This document shows, one piece after another, positions 37,490 through 50,770 of a stretch of 64,000 nucleotides of DNA. The notes below the pieces were generated by a model. It was not told the DNA's origin. It saw nothing but the letters and a program-made list of their open reading frames with translations, and did not search any database. Within the stretch, counting starts at the first letter, position 1. Each line of letters opens with the position of its first letter. A program made the position numbers and the translations under genes. The DNA is from Camelus ferus (Eukaryota), in contig NC_045698.1 of the NCBI RefSeq assembly GCF_009834535.1, positions 13,952,001 through 14,016,000 of the forward strand, written 5' to 3'.

Positions 37490-37555
37490 TATATTTTACA
37501 CTTTTAATGAACACTAATTAGAATACTAATGTATTCATTAAAAGTGTAAAATATA
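37490..37555. repeat. Perfect 22-bp inverted repeat with 22-nt spacer
   Basis: tatattttacacttttaatgaa (37490-37511) and ttcattaaaagtgtaaaatata (37534-37555) are exact reverse complements. Confidence 0.95.
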
Positions 37556-39246
37556 AGACATTACTTATTTTAATCGTATGTATTAAAAGTGTAGGTGTAA
37601 TACACACACACACTTGCAGGTATTTTTATGTACACCATATAGTCATATGTATATACTTCATACACACTCCATGTCCTTATGTCTCACACTCAATCCATGA
37701 AGGCAATAAGATATAAATACCTACTTAAGAAGAATTCCATATAGTCTTCCAAAATTAGCCACTATATTTTATAACTATGTGAATTTGTATATTATAAATA
37801 TTAAAGTTGCTGCATAAGGGAATATATATGTTTCTAAATGAAAGAGTTTTTCTAAATTATGTCTTTCTTAAAATTAATTTTGATTAATATTTATGGAATA
37901 TACTATTTTATCCATTAATATATTTGGTAACATCTAATTTCTGTTGTTATATTTAAGTCAACACTTTTCTTTCTTAAATATTTAGTAAACTAACTTAACT
38001 CTCTCTATAGTATCTATATATAGTCAAGTGGCAGTTGGATGTGTCATGTTAATTAAGTACCACATTAGACATTTCCTTTCAGATTGTCCTCCCACATATT
38101 TGATATAAACCTTTTAAACTGCAGGGAAAAGTGACAACAAACCCCAGAGCTACACTCTGTGATTGAGAGAATCAGTTATCCCGGTGTCACTGGAAGCAAA
38201 ATCAATTCATGTGTTCTGTCATCCTTAGAAAGTACTCTCAAACGTGCTGTCAGCAATAAATTTTACAGGATTTCCCCAAAGTCAATTGCTCCTTCTATTT
38301 GGGATTACGATGAAGGCAAATTGATTCTTCCCATACACAGAAGTAGCACAAGAGAAGAGATACTTTTAGTCTACTCATTTCTCTCTCTCTCTCTCTTTTT
38401 TATTTTACTGACAGATTTCTCCTGGCTCACTAATGTAAGATCCTTAGTAATTGAAATTCTGGCTGTGAAATATATTCAGGCATAACCAACAGGAATGCAA
38501 TTTCCCTTAGAGTTACCTTCATGCAAGTAGGCAGGAAATTTATTTTTGAGTAACTTATTTCTGAGCACGTTAAAAAAAAATGAGGCAACTCTCTCCAACA
38601 TTTTAACTGGAATTATTACCAGGATATCATATTTAATTTTTATTTGCTATATCTCCCATATTCTAGTGAAAAAAAAATTTCTGTCTTTTTCTCTTTAATT
38701 GAATGGAAAAAATTCAAAATTAGCATTTAAAATCTTTTAATAGACTTTTAAAAATAAACATTGTAAAACAGAAAAGCAATGTTAAAATTGAACTAAGGCC
38801 ATTTACAAACAAGAAAACAACTGTAGGTAGATTATGCTGTCATTTAAACAAGTTCTAATGAGGCTGACTATTAAGAAATTATGGATATAAGAACATATTT
38901 TCTTCCTCCTTTTGAGCCGCAGAGATATGCAGATGAATTTAAGAGAATTATTTCAACTGAATTAACATTCTCTGAAGATATATAAATATATAAATTGTCA
39001 GGTTGGAGTGATCAAACATTACCAAAGAAGAAAAGAAATGAGAAATCAAACAAATAACAGAAACTGATGGTGTATTACAGAAAACACTAAATTTCTGCTG
39101 ACATGTATGTACATGCATGCCTACCATGCCTTTGACATCTGTACAGAGAATAACAAATGGAACTGACTTCTGTACAGTATTATAGAGGACCTAGTGCTAG
39201 GTCAGGTTGTAAGCAGAAGACTCACATCTAAACTGAAGACTGATGC

Positions 39247-42200
39247 TGGAGCAACATCAGCAACATGGTTGATGAGATATCCCTCATAGTTAGTATCCCT
39301 CCTCAACACCAACAGTTTGGCATCCATCCTTGGACAAAGACACCTTGGTGGTAACGATGGGATCCAGCGCCATATGCCAAGGGATCTGGGACGAGTTTGG
39401 CCTACCTGTGCCTTGGGTAATAGGCACACAAACCTCAGTCACAGCTATGGTCCCTGAAGTGGCCAAAGAACTGGCTCCAGTCCCTCTCAGCCACTGTCTG
39501 GGAGCCTCTGGAGAATAGTCTCTTAGATAATCACCCATGGCTGAGAATCTATGTGAAAGTCCCGGTTTGCAGCATAGAAATTCCAGTACATCACTGGAAC
39601 AAAAACATGAGTTTGGAACATTGGAGAAGATGGAAGAACTGTCTGACATTACCTGGGTCACCCTCCCCCAGGACGGCACAGCTTAGTGTTAAGAGAGACC
39701 TTCTCGATCTGTGATTTACCTTGAGGAAAAGTGAGAGCATGTGAGTAAATGCCTGGCTGCCCTATCTGTGTGGGACACTGCCAAAGAGACCCAAAAACCT
39801 CTCCCTCCACTCAGAATACTGAGACTTGAATTGCATGAATAGGGGTGGGAAGAGCAGCAGAGAGGACTGTCAGGGAGCATTAAAGGGACGGGAGTCTACT
39901 TAGTGCATCACAGGCTTCATCAAGAAGCCAGCCCTTGAGCCACTGGGCATGTCTGCCTGCAGATTCCATCAAATGGCCCATAGGCAACCCCAGCACTACA
40001 CATCTCACCCCCCTCCCACCCCCACCGTGTGGCTGACTCTCTGTGCACACCCATGAAAGTGTCAAGATTGAGCATTGGCAGATGACTGGTGACCACCTGC
40101 ATAAAGCTTGCCTGAATACATGGGTCAGGAAGTGACCACAGAGTTGAGCTCTAGGGCACTCTTGAGAAAGAAAAAAGAGGCTGTCAGATTTTTGGCCAGA
40201 TGTGTTGCACGATAAGAGAAGGCATACAAATTTAAGAATTTTGCCACAAGAGGGAGCAAGAAGCCTGAAGCAAGTCTGAGAAAGCCTCGGAATCCGGCCC
40301 CCCGCCAGGGTTGACAGAAGATGTCTTTCCCGAAGTCAATCAGCAAAGACTGGAGGGGTTAATTACTACTGCAAATGCAAAGGCAGCACCTCAAGATTTC
40401 AAGAAATAGGAGAAATCAAGGAAACAACGACACCACCAAAGGATCACAGTTTTCTTCCAACACGTCACCCCAAAGACATGAACAGCTTCAAGAATACCCA
40501 ATAAAGAATTCAAAATTGATGTTTTAAAGACATTAAATCAGCTTCAAGAAAATATAGAATGACAATTCAGTAAAATCAGGAAAACAGTCCATGAACAAAA
40601 AAGTTTAGCAAAGAACTAGAAATCACAAAAAAGAAAGAAATTCTGGTGCTAGTAAAGAACATAATAAATAAAATGAAAAATGCAATAGAGAAAATCAACA
40701 GCAGAATGGATCAAGAACAATTTAAAAATCTGTGAATTAGAGGACAAGAGCTTCGAAATTATCAAGTAATTGGAGAACAAAGAAATAATGAAAGAGGAAA
40801 GAAAGCTTATGGGATGTACTGAATAATCTCAAAGAAACAATTATCAAAATATTGGAGAAAGGGAGAACGGGTTGGAAAACTTATTTAAAGAAATAATGGC
40901 TGAGAACCTCTCAAATACATGGAGATTTGGATAATGGAATTCATGAAGGTCATAGGTAACAAAAAATGTAAGTTAAAGAGATTTGCTTCAAGACAAACTA
41001 TAATAAAACTGTCAAAAATCAAACATAAAGAGAGATTTAAAGAAAAAGAAGCTTGTAACTTAACAGGAAAACACTATTAGCAGATTCTCAGGAGATTCTT
41101 ATAGGCCAGGAAAGACTGGGATGATATATTCAAGTTGCTGAAAGAAAAAGGCTGCCAAGTGAAAAATACTCTACCTGGCAAAGCTGTCCTTCACAAATAA
41201 AGGGGACTTAAGGCCTTTCTTAGCAAAGAAAAAGCTGAGGGAGTTCACCACCAAAACTGCCTTACAAGAAATGATAGGTCATAGCTAACATTATGATGAA
41301 AGGCTGAATCCTATGCCTGTAAGATCTGGAACAAGACAAGAATACCTACTCTCACCACTTTTATTACACTTTCGATTAAAAGTCCTACTCAGAACAAACA
41401 GGCAAGACAAAAAACAAATAAATAAAATGCATCCAACTCGATAAGAATTAAGTAAAATTGTGTTTGTTTCCAGATGATATGATCTTATAAATGGAAAATC
41501 CTAAAGACTTCACTAAAAAACTATTAGGACTAATGAACAAATTCGGTAAAATGATAGGATATAAAATCAGCACACAGAAATCAGTTGCATTTCTATACAC
41601 TAACAACAAAATATCTGAAAAAGAAAGAAATAAAGCAATCCCACGCACAATAGATCAAAAACACAAAACACTTGGGAATAAATTTAACCAAAGAGGTGAA
41701 AAATCTTTAAAAGGAAAAGTATAAAACATGAATGAAAGAATTGAAGAAGACACAAATAAATGAAAAGATATTCAGGGCTCATGTGTTGAAAGAATTAATA
41801 TTTTTAAAATATAGATTCAATGAAATGTCTATCAAATTCTCAATGTCATCTATCACAGATATAGGAAAAACACTCATAACATTCATATGGAATTACCAAA
41901 CCAACCCTGAACAAAGATGAAGGCAATATACTTCTTCATAAAACTTTATTACAAAATTATAGTAATCAAAACAGTATGGTGCTGATATAGACATAGATGT
42001 ATAGCCCAAGAAACAGAATCAAGATCCCCCAAAATAAACTCTTGCACCAAACGTAAACTAATATTTGACAAGAGGGCCAAGAATTCTCAATGGGGAAAGG
42101 GTAATCTCTTCAATAAATCGTACTGTGGAAACTGTATAATTGTATGCAGAATGATGAAATAGTACTTTTATCTTCCACCATTCATATAAATTAAATCAAA

Positions 42201-42954
42201 ATGGATTAATGACTTAAGCATAAAACCTGAAACCATAAAACTTCTAGAAGAAAACAGAGGAAAAACTCCTAGACATTGATCTTGGCAATGATGGTTAGGG
42301 TAAGACGCGAACAGCACAAGAAACAAAAGCAAAAATTAATGAGGGATTACATCAACTAAGAAAGCTTCTGCATAGCAAAAGAAACATTCAACAAAATGAA
42401 AAAGCAACCTACAGAATGGGAGAAAATATTTGCAAAGCAAATATCTTATATAGAGTTAGTATTTAAAATATTAAGGAATTCATGCAATTCAATTGCAAAA
42501 AGACAAACAATCCTAAACAAAAATGTCTAGAGGAACTGAATAGGCATTTTTCTAAAGAAGGCATAGAAATGGTCATCAGGTACATGAAAAGATGCTCAAC
42601 ATCACTAATCATCAAAAATGCAAATTAAGACCACAATGACATATCATTATGCAACTGTTACAATGGCTGTCATCAAAAAGATAAGAGATGTCAAGTACTG
42701 GTGAGGGTGTGGAGAAAACGGAACTCTTATGCAATGTTGGTGGGAATATACAATCACTGTGAAACAGTATTCAAAATATTACTCAAAAAATTACAAATAG
42801 AACCACCACATGATCCAGCAATTTCACTTCTGGGTATACATGCGAATTAAATGAAATCAGAATCTCAAAGACATGTTCAGTACAGTATTATTCACAATTG
42901 CCAAGATGAACAACCTAAGTGTCCATCTACAGATGAATGATTAAAGACGATGTG

Positions 42955-43000
<46 letters not shown>

Positions 43001-43505
43001 GAGTATTATTCAGCCATGAAAAAGAAGGAAATCCTGACATTTTCAACAATATAGACAAAACTTAGGAAGATAATGTTATGTTAAGTGAAACAAATCAGAC
43101 AGAGAAGGCAAATAACCTATGATATCACATGCTTATGAAACCTAAGAGCGCCAACACATAGAAACAGAGAGTAGATGTCAGAAGATGGAGGGTGGAGGAA
43201 ATGGGGAGATGTCAATCAAAGGGTATACATTTCCAGCTATAAGATTAACAAGTCTGGGGATCTTTTGTACGTCATGGTGACTGTAGTTAACAATACAGTA
43301 TTCTATACTTAACTGTTGCTAAGAGAGTAGATCTTGAATGATCTCACCACAGAAAAGAAACAGTAATTAATTGAGATGATGGAAGTACTAACTAACCCTA
43401 CTGTGGTAATCATTTGTCAATATACAAGCATATTAAGTCATCATGACGTACAACTTAAACTTTACACGATGTTATGTGTCAATTATCTCAATAAAGCTAA
43501 AAAAA
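39247..43505 (+). mobile_element. Old L1 (L1MA9-like 3' UTR) with 5' UTR, degraded ORF1, large internal deletion, distal ORF2, 3' UTR and polyA signal
   Basis: GC-richer 5' UTR ~39247-40370; ORF1 remnants ~40375-41273; RT remnants from ~41274 (aagatctggaacaagacaag; tttccagatgatatgatc = [19 protein letters not shown]...[17 protein letters not shown]); AATAAA at 43490-43495; possible TSD at 39236-39246 / 43504-43514. Confidence 0.92.
42957..42998. repeat. (AC)21 microsatellite inside the L1
   Basis: Seen directly. Confidence 0.95.
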
Positions 43506-43524
43506 GATAGATGCCAATTTAGCC

Positions 43525-43528
43525 TGTG

Positions 43529-43559
<31 letters not shown>
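43525..43559. repeat. (TG)n microsatellite with one interruption
   Basis: Seen directly. Confidence 0.9.
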
Positions 43560-45309
43560 TAGCAGGGAACTGCATTTATGCATACAGCTAGCTTCTAGTA
43601 AGTAGGGCTAAGATGATTACAACGGTAGAAATGCAAACAACATGGTATGTGGATGAACAGGCAAGACAAATAATATTGTGAGGTTTGGAGAAATTAGCAT
43701 CGGTCTTAGACCTTGAAGGATACACAACATATTAAAAGTCAAGGATGTGACAGCAATAGTCTTTTTTTGGGAAATGTATAAAAACTAGATCAGAATTTAG
43801 ATAATTGAAGCTGTGCTCTCTTGTGTCATCAATATTTCATTTGCTACCTAACTAGAGATTAAAATCTATAAGCATACCTATGAGCTTTTTACTTGGGAGG
43901 GAATGTATCAAACAAGGAAAAATAATAACTTATAACTTGTAATTAGAAATAACACCATATTAGAATATCAATTAAAAAGGAAAATGATACATTTAAAAGT
44001 AAATTAATCTGTACTATACGTAAAAAAAGAAAAGAGATGACAGTTTTTTCAATAATATTAACTCTTCAAATAAAACTTTGAAAAATAAAACCCACAATCA
44101 AGGCTTGGTATCATTAATACCTTCATATAAAAGCCTTATAAGTTATTCATATACTCTTAGAAATAATACTGTTTTTAAGAGATTATTTTAAATACAATTT
44201 GAAATTTATAGAAGAGCTATCTATCAATTTGTTTTAATAAATATATTTAGATATTTAATGCTAATTGCAACCCACAGTCTCTAAAGAAATGTAAAGGTTT
44301 CCATTTCTTGTAAATACTGTGAAGTTTAAAAATATTGATCTAAAAGTTTTAGTTTTGTTGAATCATCTTTAAATGTCTTTTCCAACTGAAAAACAAAGTA
44401 TCATTCATTTCAATGAAACATCTTCTCTATTTTCAAGAGAATTGTGCTTTGAAACAACCTGAAAATCATTAACTATTCTTACTCGGGGAAGCTCCTGTTC
44501 CTGGGAGGAGGCAAGGAATAGCAATTTCCCCTGCAGGAGTTGGTCTTTTCTAATTCTTAACAGAAAGTTTGCAGTTTGCCCTCAGGGATTGTGTGCCTGC
44601 CAGCTGAGATTTTGAACAGGAGGGTCTCCTACAATGTGTAACTCTTATCCCTCATATAAAACACCTACCCAGGGATTAATGACGCTGGAGGGAACTGAGG
44701 ATGCTTTGTATCCAGAATTAGTCAGTCTGATCACTAGAGAATTTCCTTCATCAAAATTGAAGCTACTATTGCAAATATTTCCAAATTCATACAGAAGTAT
44801 TTTCCTGCATGAAAGTTATTTCTTTGCTATTGCTTTATTCAGTTTTCTTGTACTGAAATGTAGCATCTATGTTTGCATTTGTTTATACAGATATGATTAT
44901 TTTTATATGCAGTTTATGAACTTTAAAGATTATATATTCTTCCAATCGAACAATGACAGCATATATATGTCATGTCAAACACATGAAGTTTTGTGTTATA
45001 CCTCATGGTTTGTCAAGGAGGTAACTTACAGCAACATTGACTCGGGTAAACAGGTTAAAAGCTGTGTTTCTGGGAAAGTTTCATAATATGATTTAGTTTC
45101 CCAAATTCTAAAAGGAGAATAAAATATTTATTTTCCAAGCTTTCAGTAATATTTACTCATATAAAGTATACAAGCTATCTGGAAACTGTTTGCAATACAG
45201 GAACCACCTAGGGTGGTAATAATTAATATTTATGTAATATATACATTATAATACTTAATTATAAAGTTGCTATTAATAAACAGTACAAAATATAAGTAAA
45301 TTTGTTGTA

Positions 45310-45760
45310 TCCAGTAAAATATTAGTAAACTATATAGAACACTATATATAAAAAGAATCGTCATGACCAAATGGAGTTTTAACTGGGAATACAAGGGTAG
45401 TACAACATTTAAAAATTAACCAGTGTGAATCATGATTGATAGAATCATCTATATACTGAAAGACTAAACAAAGAAAATCAATACAGTCCTCTCCATAGAT
45501 GGAGAAATAGCATCTGATCAAATTCAATGTCAGTTAATAATCAAAAAATGAGCAAAATGGAAATAGAATGAAATTATGAGGTCATAAGCCTATAGCTAAA
45601 GACTAAAACTATAAAACTTTAATAGAATTCAAGGAAGAAAGTGTTTTTTAACTTTGGCTAGGAAAAATGTCTTAGATGTAATTCCAGAATTATAATTCAT
45701 ATGAGAAAAAATAGTAAAATGTGCATCAAAATTTAAAATGTTCACCCTTTGAAAACAGTT
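45310..45760 (+). mobile_element. Ancient L1 ORF2 fragments
   Basis: catgaccaaatggagttttaactgggaatacaaggg (HDQVGFIPGMQG-like), catagatggagaaatagcatctgatcaaattcaa (IDAEKAFDKIQ-like), ctaaaactataaaact. Confidence 0.75.
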
Positions 45761-46162
45761 TTGTCCCTAGCTTGTAATGGGATATTAAATAGAAAATGAC
45801 GGATTTTTTTTTAAAGAGGAAAAAATATATAATATTTTATGATTCTGTTACTTTACCACTTATTAATTAAAGTTTAAAAATATTTTCTTAATTATTTTAA
45901 ATGCTATAATGAAAAAAATTTAAACTACTTATTTAACTATATTGAGCAGTCATAATATTTTAAATGTAGGAATTTAGGAATTCATACATTTGAGATATAT
46001 ATAGCCCCTGAGTATTTTCTCTAAGTGGGAATACATGAATTTAATTCCTCTTTGGATAATTTTTCTTGAAATAAATTAAACATGCATATATTAAACATAT
46101 TTGGATTAGAGGAGGAAGGAATGTATTAAAGTCTGAAAAGGGAGTTGTCTTGAAATTTCGGA

Positions 46163-46776
46163 CGTGGGAAAATAACTGGTTTTCTAAGATGGTCAACATG
46201 GCCTTTGCTCCTGAGTGTTATTCTTGTGATTGCATTATTTTACACTGTAAAGAGCTTTGCAGGTGAAACTAAGGTTACGAAGCATTTGACCTTCTGATAA
46301 GAAGATTATCCGGGTGGGCCTAACTTAATCGCCCCATCCCTTTAAAAGCAGAGAGAGTTTTCTCTTACTGATAGCTGGAGCCAAACAGAGTTTTGAAGTC
46401 GAGAAAGCCTTGACAAAAGAGAGGTATTGTGTTGCTGGATTTGATGAGTGAGGGGGCATTTTCAAATGGAAGGACCTGAGAGCAACCTCTTAGAGATGAG
46501 AATTACCCTCCCCTGACAGCAGCAAGAAAACAGGGACCTTAGTCCTGCAACTGCCTGGAACCAGGTTCTGCCAACAACGTGAAAGAGCTCCCCTGCAGAG
46601 GCCCTGAGCCCCGGATGAAAATAAAGACCAAGTCAGCTGACACCTGGATTTCATCCGACAACCCAGGGTAGCCCACCTGGAATCCTGAGCTGCAGATTTG
46701 TGAGATAACACACTGTTACTGTTTCAGGCCTCTTCGGGTGTGGCAATTTGTTAAACAGTCAAAAAAAACTAATACT
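46163..46776 (+). mobile_element. MaLR solo LTR (MLT1E-like)
   Basis: ttctaagatggtc, tttgcaggtgaaactaagg, agattatccgggtgggcctaacttaatc, ccctttaaaagcagaga, cagcaagaaaacagggacct, ggcaatttgttaaacag...aaactaatac. Confidence 0.88.
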
Positions 46777-49394
46777 AATAGAATAATGGTGAAAAGGAAG
46801 AGGGGGATTGAGGATGCAAACCTCACTTCCTGTGGGAGGACAAAAAAATTTAAACAAAAAGCACAAACAAAACAGTAGGAATTGTGCCAAGCATATTGAC
46901 TATATAATTATCCTTTAGGCCTTGAAAGAAAAGTTCTATTATACTTGCATATCTATTTAATTTTAACACTATTTTCTAATCTTCTAAATTTCCTTTTACT
47001 TTTTAGTTTTCAATTATATCCACCAAACACATTATATACCAGTTACTTTAAGATCGTAAAAGAACTGAGGTTCTTGAACAAATTCTAATTATTAAGGTAC
47101 TTTTGTAAAAAAGACAAAGTATGAATGATAGCTTATAGCATCCCTTAGTCTATTTGGAAATCAAAAAAGAAATAAGATCTGTTACATGTATAAAACGTCG
47201 TTGGTAGACTGAAGGATAATTCCTTTAAAACGAAATAATATGTAAGGTTCTTCTATTTTTTAGTTATTTTCCTTTCAACAAAACTAGTGAGAAAATAAAC
47301 TTTAAAAAGTTAATTAGTAAATGCAAATGCAAATGTTGGTAGTTACATTTTTAGAAAGACATGTAAAATAAGATAAAAATACACAGAATGGCCCATAGGA
47401 TGGGGTTGGGAAGAAAAGGATGTTATCAAAAGTAATGCCATATTTTGGAGATGAGAAGGATTCTACAAGGAGAAAGAAGACCTTTCTAAGAGCTTGACGC
47501 ACATGCACTCAAGCTCAGATGGGCAGTGAGTAATGAATTGACCCTCTGCTATCCTTCCTTGTGTTTAGGGGTCACTAATGCTTGACACTGTCCACCCCAC
47601 CAACCTTTTAGAAGCTGGGTCTAGACTGCAGGTTTGTAGCAAGCCAAGCCCAAAGGGCATGATACAAGTCAGCTTTTTCATTTATATTTCACCTTGGGAG
47701 AACAAAATAATTCATATTAAACATGTCTCAGTTCAAATTCAAATTCATGTGCATTGAGATTCCTATGCCTAGTGGATAACTGAAAATATATGAGAGGTAA
47801 TAAAAAGTAGTCACCACTTTGGCTTACTTTTTTCACTGATTTATTTTACATCTTTTATTTTTTTGTGTATACCATCTTACAGATGTTTCTCATACAAGGG
47901 AGCATGTTCTTGTAAAAATTGGTCATACTTCACATGAAAATATATCTAAGCATTTACCCAGAATATTCAAGATGCCATTGAGACTTTACAATTCATCTTG
48001 ATATGCTGGCATTTATTTCAAGCTAGCATATGCTACCCATTTGAACAGTGGTGTGATGAAATGCCACACAGATATTCTGAGGAAAAAAAGAACAACAAAT
48101 GGGTCATCTAGTCTCCCAGTGTGCTGTTTCTTACTGTGCGTAATGGAGGTAAATATCACCATACAAGAGTTCTTGCTGTGACTTTATGCTTCAATGTCAT
48201 AGATATGTAGTTTATCACCTGAAAACTACATAATTGCACAGCTTGTATTATCTCCATGCTTTAGTTTGAGAAGCTTGGGGTCCCCCATCCTGTTTAATAA
48301 AATACTTAAAATGCCTTTTCTAATAACTATCTGTTCCACCTTTCCTGTACAATTCATAACAGTGTGATAAGCTGTAAATGACGTACTATTGTATCTGTCC
48401 TATTTTTCCCTATTTGTGCATTTATAAAGAGCTTTTGTTTTACTCATGACATGTATAGTGTGGGAAATTAAAGCAAAATGTGCAGGAAAAAAGGTATAGC
48501 TGTATTTAAAATTATAGCATACTGCATCCATGCCTTCATTTCCATAAAAAATAAAACACTATGTATGTGAGAATAATAAGTAGGTAGATTTATCTAGATG
48601 GTATAATTTTAGAAACAATGCAAAATGAACAAAGAGGTCTTGAGGAAATTGGTACAAACATTAGGAGCATGAATGTATCTACTTTAATTCCCTATGTTGT
48701 TGTAACATTGATGAGAAAAGGTCACCTAAAACTCTGGAAATTACCCTAAAGCTGGAAATTACACTAAAGTACTCATCTAACAGCTTTGTGGGGTTTTTTC
48801 TTGCAGATATTTACATATTACAATAATGCAACTGTGCATTAAATCTAACAAAATTAATGCTTTCAAAAACATTTCCTTTTATATCGCTAATGGCCATTTG
48901 GGCATTTTTGGGTCCTTTGAAATAATGACAGAATTTAATCAGAGGAAATTGTCTTAGGAAATAAAATGGTTCTATCTTCCTGCAAAATTATAATGTACAA
49001 TTTTATTTTTGCAATATTTCACAATATACAAAACATGTATTGGTTATATCTGATATTTACAAATAAATATGAACTTGATCATTCTCTGTACCTTTAAGTT
49101 TTATAAGAATGATAAAGTCCTTTTAAGTATATAGACATTGATTGAAAGAGTTAATTAAAGAATCAAAGAATCTGATTAATCAAAGAATTAATCAAAGAAT
49201 TAATTTGATTTTGAGTCCTACACCTAAATCCTAAATTCTTAGCCTGCTAGAATGACCTTGGGAGCAAGTTTAATCTAAGACTCTTTGAAGCCAAAATTTT
49301 TCCAGTGGATTTGGGAGATTGACTGATAATCTCTAAACGAAAGAAAATGACATAATTTTTTAATGAGTAATGTTTGATGAGTAAGAAAATGGAA

Positions 49395-49580
49395 GCTACC
49401 ACCTCCCTCTGGACTGCTTCACCATGTTACATACTAAAGGCATTGATAAATCTTGTACTGTGTAAACCTATTTAACATTATTTAACTCTAATTCTCAATT
49501 TATCTGACCAGTGAACATTTTTTCATTTTATTCATTTTCAATAAGTGTATTAATATTTCATGTGAAATGTTTCGAGGATT
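49395..49580. mobile_element. MER103-like hAT remnant
   Basis: aaacctatttaacattatttaactc...ttatctgaccagtgaacattttt resembles the recalled MER103C consensus. Confidence 0.45.
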
Positions 49581-50597
49581 GAAATTCTATGTCACAGGAT
49601 GAAATTCTTTCTCAGGAAGTTTTTCTTTAGCCTTGAATAAGAGGAACTTTAAAAATTGGAAAAAAGTTGTTAAATACATCAGTATCTTAACTTTTGCATA
49701 TAGTTCATGGATACGGTGAGGAAAAAAACATTTAGAATTTATAAGTACTTATAATTAATATATTAACAAGTTTATTTCCTAAAATTGATTCTACAAAATG
49801 AATGCCAAACATGACAGGTGTCTAGACAACACAGTGGAATAAATTATTGAAGTAACAGTGTGCAAGAATTTTGAAGAAATGAATTTCTCTGAAGTAACTT
49901 GCATTAAGCAATAAGTCGTGACATATTAATCTACCTACAGTATATTGTGGAACCTTCACAAAAGGTAGTGACTTTGATTATAATACTGTATTTGCCATGA
50001 TCATTCTACTAGCCCTTTAAATAAAGAAAGAAATTTGTTCCAGAGGAAATAATATTTAGGGACACTCAAAATATCCTTAATTTCTCTCTCAAGATCCAAT
50101 TTTCTATGGGAAAATTAGTGTGAAACTCAAGATAAATGTGTAACAGCATTTAGAATGGCTTTAGAGGCTTCATCAGTCCTGTAAAGTTATTGCTGTATTT
50201 GTGATTAATATGTTGACATAGGCGAAAGCTGGTCGAATGTGTATACTATGCAAAACTAAGAGAAACTGAGGTTCATTAAATATCCAACGTAGGTAGAAAA
50301 ACTGACTATATCTGAAAGGATGAAAAATAATGTGAAACTTCGAACCTAATTATAAAAGAAATCAACTGCATGTTTTAAAAATAACCCCAAGTTACGTATA
50401 AAGATACTTTGAATGTTTATTAAAATATATGTTGACAGTGAGTCTCTTCTATGATGTCCATCAAAAATAGTGATGCCAATTGTAAAGCTTATGGACCCTT
50501 CCCAGTACAATGTTTTTAATATAATAAAATCACATTAAACTATATTTAAGTACAATTGCTAAAAAAAAATAGTGATACCATCATAGATTGCATTGAA

Positions 50598-50770
50598 ATA
50601 AGCTAGCATTTATTGAACATACCCTATGTATGAGACACAATGCTAAACTCTTCACTGCATTAAACCAGTCAATTCTCAAAAGAAACCTGAGGCTGGTACC
50701 ATTACATCCATTTTTAGAGCTCTGGAAACTAAGACATGAAGAATTTCTGAAATTGTCCTTGAGGGCAAGG
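50598..50770 (-). mobile_element. MIR SINE
   Basis: agctagcatttattgaacataccctatgt...tgctaaactctt...catccatttttagag..ggaaactaagac. Confidence 0.75.

Noticed and set aside
41491..41724. 77-aa reverse-transcriptase-like ORF as an active RT or novel retro-system
   Set aside because: A fragment of a frameshifted, stop-riddled L1 ORF2 with the endonuclease deleted.
44634..45086. 150-aa ORF
   Set aside because: No recognisable domain; composition reflects AT-rich noncoding DNA.
49151..49204. (aatcaaagaatt)-type short direct repeats, CRISPR-like at a glance
   Set aside because: No unique spacers and a eukaryotic context; simple slippage repeat.
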